Shown: positions 57,041 through 62,345 of the stretch, one piece after another
Layout of the letters: every line of letters begins with the position of its first letter
How positions within the stretch are numbered: the stretch's first letter is position 1
Assembly: GCA_035533535.1 (NCBI GenBank)
Contig: DATLTP010000199.1
Span: forward strand, 1-62,345
Source of the DNA: Bacillota bacterium
GTDB lineage: Bacteria > Bacillota > Sulfobacillia > RBS10-35 > JAJYVM01
DNA length: 62,345 nt
Reading direction: 5' to 3'
Translations under genes and position numbers: made by a program
Notes under the pieces: generated by a model
What the model was told of the DNA's origin: nothing
The model's database searches: none
The model's input: only the letters and a program-made list of their open reading frames with translations

Positions 57041-59716
57041 TCACGGCAGCCCTGAGGCCACCTGCCACTCCGCCGTCGTGGCCGTCGTCCAGCGGTAGAA
57101 GGAGACGCCCTCCGCGCTTCGGCTGGCGGCGGCAGCCATCGCCGCCGCCAGCTCGTCGGGCGTGGGGCTGAAGATGCCCTCGCCTGAATCGGCGAAGGCG
57201 TCGTACGTCTGCAGGATCACGTCGAACGGAACCGCCGCGCTGCCCGCCGCCGCGTTGATCTGGTCAATCGAGTCCGCCACCCACGTGTAGACGTCATGGT
57301 AGGTGTAGTCGTGCTGGGTCTGGTGCCAGTAGTCCATGGGCCCCCAGACATCCACGTAGGGCAGCAGCGACGCGAAGGGGTAGCCTGGCATCTGCTGCGG
57401 CGGGTACGTGACGCCGACCAGCAGGCCGCGGCCCACCGCCTGCCGGGCGGCCAGCCCGTACGCGGCCACGGTCGGCGGGTCCATGTTCTCCTCGATGTCG
57501 GCGGCGAGGCCGTCGGCCCGCTCGCCCAGGGGTGTCGCGTACGCGGCCACCGCCTGCGTCTCGGCGATGTCCTGGGCCGGCTGCCACAGCGCGGGGTAGA
57601 CCCACGCGATGACGGCGATGCCGGCGTCGTGGGCCTGCCAGAGAAGGTCGTCCAGGGCCCGGGCGCCGTAGAACCCGTCGCTGGACGTGGCCACTTCCAG
57701 GTAGATGTGGGTCACGCCGGCTGCCTGGGCAGCGGTCACGATGGCGGGCGCACCCTCGGTTCGCCAGTCCGGAAATATAAGCCACATGCCCTTGCCAGCC
57801 GCGATGGCCGCCACGTCAGGGACGGTCCGCAGCGTGACAGTCGTCGTCGGCAAGCCGGCCACGGAGGCGGTCACGTTGGCCTCACCGGGCCCCGCAGGGG
57901 CGGTGTACGTGGTGCCCTGCAGCTTGCCGGGGCCCGTGAGCGCGAGGACTCGTGCCGTCTGGATGAGGTTGCCATACTGGTCGCCCTCGCCGGCGACCAG
58001 CTTGGCCTGTTGCCCCGGCAGCAGAATCGACGTGGGCACCGGATGGATGACGACCTGCGTGGCGGGCCCAGGCACGACCTTCAGCGTCGCCGTCCCCGAC
58101 AGGCCGACCGCGAACCCTTGAAGCTGCCAGGTCCCCGCCATGGTCGGCGCCACCTGAATCGTGGCGGCTCCGCCGCTGAAGGTGGCCGAATACCCGGGCG
58201 GGTTGTTCCCGTCCGGATCGGTGGCGACCACCGTGAGCCGGTCACCATCCGGCAGGCTCCCTGAGAAGGTCAGGCTCGCCGTGTCACCGGCAGTCACCCG
58301 TGTCGGTCCAGACACCGTCAGCGTGCCGGCGGGCGTCACCTGAACGCTGATCGTGCCGCTGGCCACGGCACCACCGGTCACCGCGGCAGTGACCGCGACA
58401 GGGCCTGGGCGGGACGCCGTCAGCGTGGCATCAGAGCTGGCACCGGAGATCGTGGCCGGCACCCCTTCGATGCTGGCGCCGCCGTCGGCCGTCAGCCGGA
58501 CCGCGAATGTCCCGGGTGCGGGGTTGCCCGCCCCGTCCACCACCGCCACCGTCAGCGGCTCGGACTGGCCCGCCTGCAGCGGGCCCGCGGTCAGCTTCAG
58601 GGCGTAGGTTGACGGCGTCGCCGTCACGGGCATCGCCGCCGACGAGAGGCCATCCGCCGTGGCCGTCAGCGTCGCTGATTCGGGCGGCAGCAAGATGTGG
58701 AAGCTCGCCGTGCCGAACGAGTCGGACGCGCTCCAGGTGGATGTCCCGGCTGAGAGCGTGATGGTCCGGCCGCTGTCGGCCACGTCCACCTTGCCCTGGC
58801 CGTCGACGACATCCACGGCCAAGGTGAGTGACGTGCCCGCCGACACCACGGAGGATGCCGGCTCGAAGGCCAAGGCGACGGGGTGCTGGACGACCAGCGC
58901 CACCGTATCCGTGGGCCCGCCGGGCACGTGGGCGGTGACGCGCACGGTGCCGGAAGTCCCCGCCGTCAGTTTGCCGGTAGCGGTAATGCTGCCACCGGAG
59001 GCGCTCCAGCGGAAGTCCGCCGGAACGACATATCCAGCGCTGTCATATGCCCCAACGCGCATCTGCACCGTGGCACCGGCGTTGACCATGCGGGAGGGGC
59101 CGATAAAGATGGAGGACGCCACGGAGTTGCCTTCGGCCCGAAGTTGCGCGGACGTCACATTCAGCATCGCTTCGACCAGGACAGCCGCCCTCGCCCGCGT
59201 CAGCGGGCTGTCCGGCTCCGACGGCTGCGGGATCAACCCCAGGTCCGACGCCACCGCATAGGAACCGGAAGCCCAATCCCCGCCGGCCGGCGCGTCGTCA
59301 TCGGCCACGTGGCGGAGCCCCAGGGTCCGGACCACGGACACGATGGCCTGGGCCTGCGTCTCCACGCCGTTGGGGTCGAACACGCCAGCGGCTGTTCCAC
59401 TCATCGCCTCCTGCGAGGCGGCGGCCTCCACGGGGGCATAGAACCAGTCGGACGTCGAAACGTCCGTGTACGCGGGCCCAATCCCGTCCAATGGCCATTT
59501 CTCAGCTTTGGCAAGCAGTGCCGCTGTCTGCGCCCGGGTCATGGATTGGTCGGGCATGAACATGCCCGACCCAACGCCCTGAACGATGCCGCGGGCCGTG
59601 AGGTCGGCGATCGCAGCGGCCGCGGGGGAGTCAGGCGGCACGTCGCTATATGTCGCTGCCGCGGCCGGCCGGGCCGTCGCGGCGACCAAGGAGCCGGCGA
59701 AGAGGACGCCGGCCAA
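57041..59716 (-). CDS. Large S-layer-homology (3x SLH) cell-surface protein with Ig-like repeats and a C-terminal TIM-barrel-like putative glycoside-hydrolase-like domain
   Basis: SLH motifs are YSDVPPDSPAAAAIADLTARGIVQG..., YTDVSTSDWFYAPVEAAAS... and DWASGSYAVASDLGLIP... The central region holds repeated Thr/Ala/Val-rich beta-type modules. The C-terminus reads ...GVTHIYLEVA...IAVIAWVYP... A signal peptide is only complete if translation starts upstream (CTG at 59737, after GGGGAGG). Confidence 0.8.
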   Translation of the reverse strand: MAGVLFAGSLVAATARPAAAATYSDVPPDSPAAAAIADLTARGIVQGVGSGMFMPDQSMTRAQTAALLAKAEKWPLDGIGPAYTDVSTSDWFYAPVEAAASQEAMSGTAAGVFDPNGVETQAQAIVSVVRTLGLRHVADDDAPAGGDWASGSYAVASDLGLIPQPSEPDSPLTRARAAVLVEAMLNVTSAQLRAEGNSVASSIFIGPSRMVNAGATVQMRVGAYDSAGYVVPADFRWSASGGSITATGKLTAGTSGTVRVTAHVPGGPTDTVALVVQHPVALAFEPASSVVSAGTSLTLAVDVVDGQGKVDVADSGRTITLSAGTSTWSASDSFGTASFHILLPPESATLTATADGLSSAAMPVTATPSTYALKLTAGPLQAGQSEPLTVAVVDGAGNPAPGTFAVRLTADGGASIEGVPATISGASSDATLTASRPGPVAVTAAVTGGAVASGTISVQVTPAGTLTVSGPTRVTAGDTASLTFSGSLPDGDRLTVVATDPDGNNPPGYSATFSGGAATIQVAPTMAGTWQLQGFAVGLSGTATLKVVPGPATQVVIHPVPTSILLPGQQAKLVAGEGDQYGNLIQTARVLALTGPGKLQGTTYTAPAGPGEANVTASVAGLPTTTVTLRTVPDVAAIAAGKGMWLIFPDWRTEGAPAIVTAAQAAGVTHIYLEVATSSDGFYGARALDDLLWQAHDAGIAVIAWVYPALWQPAQDIAETQAVAAYATPLGERADGLAADIEENMDPPTVAAYGLAARQAVGRGLLVGVTYPPQQMPGYPFASLLPYVDVWGPMDYWHQTQHDYTYHDVYTWVADSIDQINAAAGSAAVPFDVILQTYDAFADSGEGIFSPTPDELAAAMAAAASRSAEGVSFYRWTTATTAEWQVASGLP

Positions 59717-59838
59717 TACGCGAAAGCACTGTCGCAGCGTGGCGAACCTCCCCGATGCGCGGAATTGGCGGTCCCTGGGCCCGCTACCTTCGGAACCGGC
59801 ATCGGCGCGGCCTTGCCGCGCCCACCAGCCTCATTTAG

Positions 59839-61521
<1,683 letters not shown>

Positions 61522-61573
61522 GGCCGGGGGGCTGGGTTGACGGCCAGCGGCTGGATGGCATATCCTGGGATTC

Positions 61574-61954
61574 ATGGGGGTGTGCCAAGTGTCCCATGGA
61601 GAAGCCGCAGCCGCGGCTGAGCCGGGAGGACCTCACGGCCCGGTGGACGCCACCTGGCTCATCCTGCAGCGCTTGGACGACTTGCGCCGGGGTCAGGACG
61701 ACCTCCGCGGAGACGTGAGGAGCCTGCGCACCGAGCTAAAGGCGGATCTCATTGGCCTGCGTGACGAGGTCAAAGCGGACGGTAAGGTTCTGCGTGACGA
61801 ATTCAAGACGGATCTCACGGGCCTGCGCGACGAGTTGAAGTCAGATATCGCCAGCCTTGGGATGGAGATCGACTCCGTCCGCAACTGGTCGCTCGGGCTG
61901 CTCCTTCTTGCGATCCTGGGCCTACTCGCCAAACTGCTGCTTCCGGGCGCGTAG
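61574..61954 (+). CDS. Coiled-coil protein with four 11-residue repeats and a C-terminal TM anchor (hypothetical)
   Basis: ...LRTELKADLIG LRDEVKADGKV LRDEFKTDLTG LRDELKSDIAS LGMEIDSVRNWSLGLLLLAILGLLAKLLL. A more likely start is GTG at 61643, 12 nt after GGGAGGA. Confidence 0.6.
   Translation: MGVCQVSHGEAAAAAEPGGPHGPVDATWLILQRLDDLRRGQDDLRGDVRSLRTELKADLIGLRDEVKADGKVLRDEFKTDLTGLRDELKSDIASLGMEIDSVRNWSLGLLLLAILGLLAKLLLPGA
61724..61855 (+). repeat. Four tandem 33-bp in-frame repeats
   Basis: The units are CTGCGCACCGAGCTAAAGGCGGATCTCATTGGC, CTGCGTGACGAGGTCAAAGCGGACGGTAAGGTT, CTGCGTGACGAATTCAAGACGGATCTCACGGGC and CTGCGCGACGAGTTGAAGTCAGATATCGCCAGC. Confidence 0.9.
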
Positions 61955-62044
61955 GCGAGCAACCGCTTCCCGCCCCGGCGGACATACTGTCACGATGATG
62001 GCGACCTCACCCGACCGCAACGGCAGCAGAGGCTCGGGGGCCGC

Positions 62045-62345
62045 CGGTTCGCCGTCAAGGGCGCCAGCCCCACGGGCTCGGGCCTGCAGATGCTGCCCCT
62101 GATGGCGGGGGTGCTCGTCGCCTCCATCGGCAGCGGCCAGCTGATGTCGCGTTGGGGCCGGTACAAGCCGTTCCCCATCGCCGGAACCGCCGTGACCGCG
62201 GTGTCCCTCTACCTGCTCTCCACCATGGGGCCGGCCACGTCTGGCGCAGCCCTCTCTTGGTACATGGCAGGCCTCGGGCTTGGCCTCGGCCTGGTGATGC
62301 AAGTGCTGGTCGTGGCCGTTCAGAACACGGTCGATTACGAGGACC
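62045..62345 (+). pseudogene. 5'-truncated DHA2-type MFS transporter fragment, open to the right window edge
   Basis: Hand translation: ...RFAVKGASPTGSGLQMLPLMAGVLVASIGSGQLMSRWGRYKPFPIAGTAVTAVSLYLLSTM...GLGLGLVMQVLVVAVQNTVDYED. This corresponds to the middle (about TM8-11) of 14-TM efflux pumps. The same frame upstream back to the stop at 61952 is non-membrane sequence, so ~270 N-terminal residues are missing. Confidence 0.5.

Overview
This window is a very GC-rich chromosomal replication-origin region with Bacillota (Firmicutes)-type gene order, in inverted orientation. Reading leftward from the origin on the minus strand: dnaA, dnaN, yaaA, recF, a DUF721 gene, remB and gyrB. Reading rightward on the plus strand:
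- rpmH, rnpA, yidD, yidC, jag, rsmG, noc-like, soj, spo0J;
- a DUF554/DUF4446/lipid-kinase/yyaC/ykvI block;
- rpsF, ssb, rpsR, yybS, rplI, dnaB, purA and tRNAs;
- further right, hup, gmk, walR-walK-yycH-yycI, murA, htrA, a class A PBP and a penicillin-acylase homologue;
- pdaD-speE-speB-argS, kamA, an ATPase-less peptide-type ABC importer, a large SLH surface protein and pyrG.

DnaA-box clusters lie on both sides of dnaA, and a parS site overlaps the spo0J stop codon. Sporulation-linked genes, SLH domains and WalRK-YycHI point to a high-GC spore-forming Bacillota lineage; that is inference only.

The most unusual feature is missing from the supplied ORF track because it runs off the left edge. 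gyrB (1..3020, minus) is interrupted exactly before its TOPRIM TDADVDG motif by a large intein of at least 515 aa. The intein begins with Ser, carries two LAGLIDADG motifs, and has an embedded Cro/C1 (XRE)-type helix-turn-helix module.

Other points worth a second look:
- two gene-poor, apparently decayed stretches next to a tRNA cluster (27.9-29.7 kb);
- an unassigned stretch of about 620 nt upstream of kamA;
- an IS110-like transposase remnant where the ABC ATPase genes should be;
- a membrane-anchored protein built from four exact-period 33-bp repeats, next to a 5'-truncated MFS gene.

Many long ORFs in the track are antisense artefacts of the high GC content. Start codons are often uncertain. 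All calls come from reading translations by eye; no searches or computations were run.
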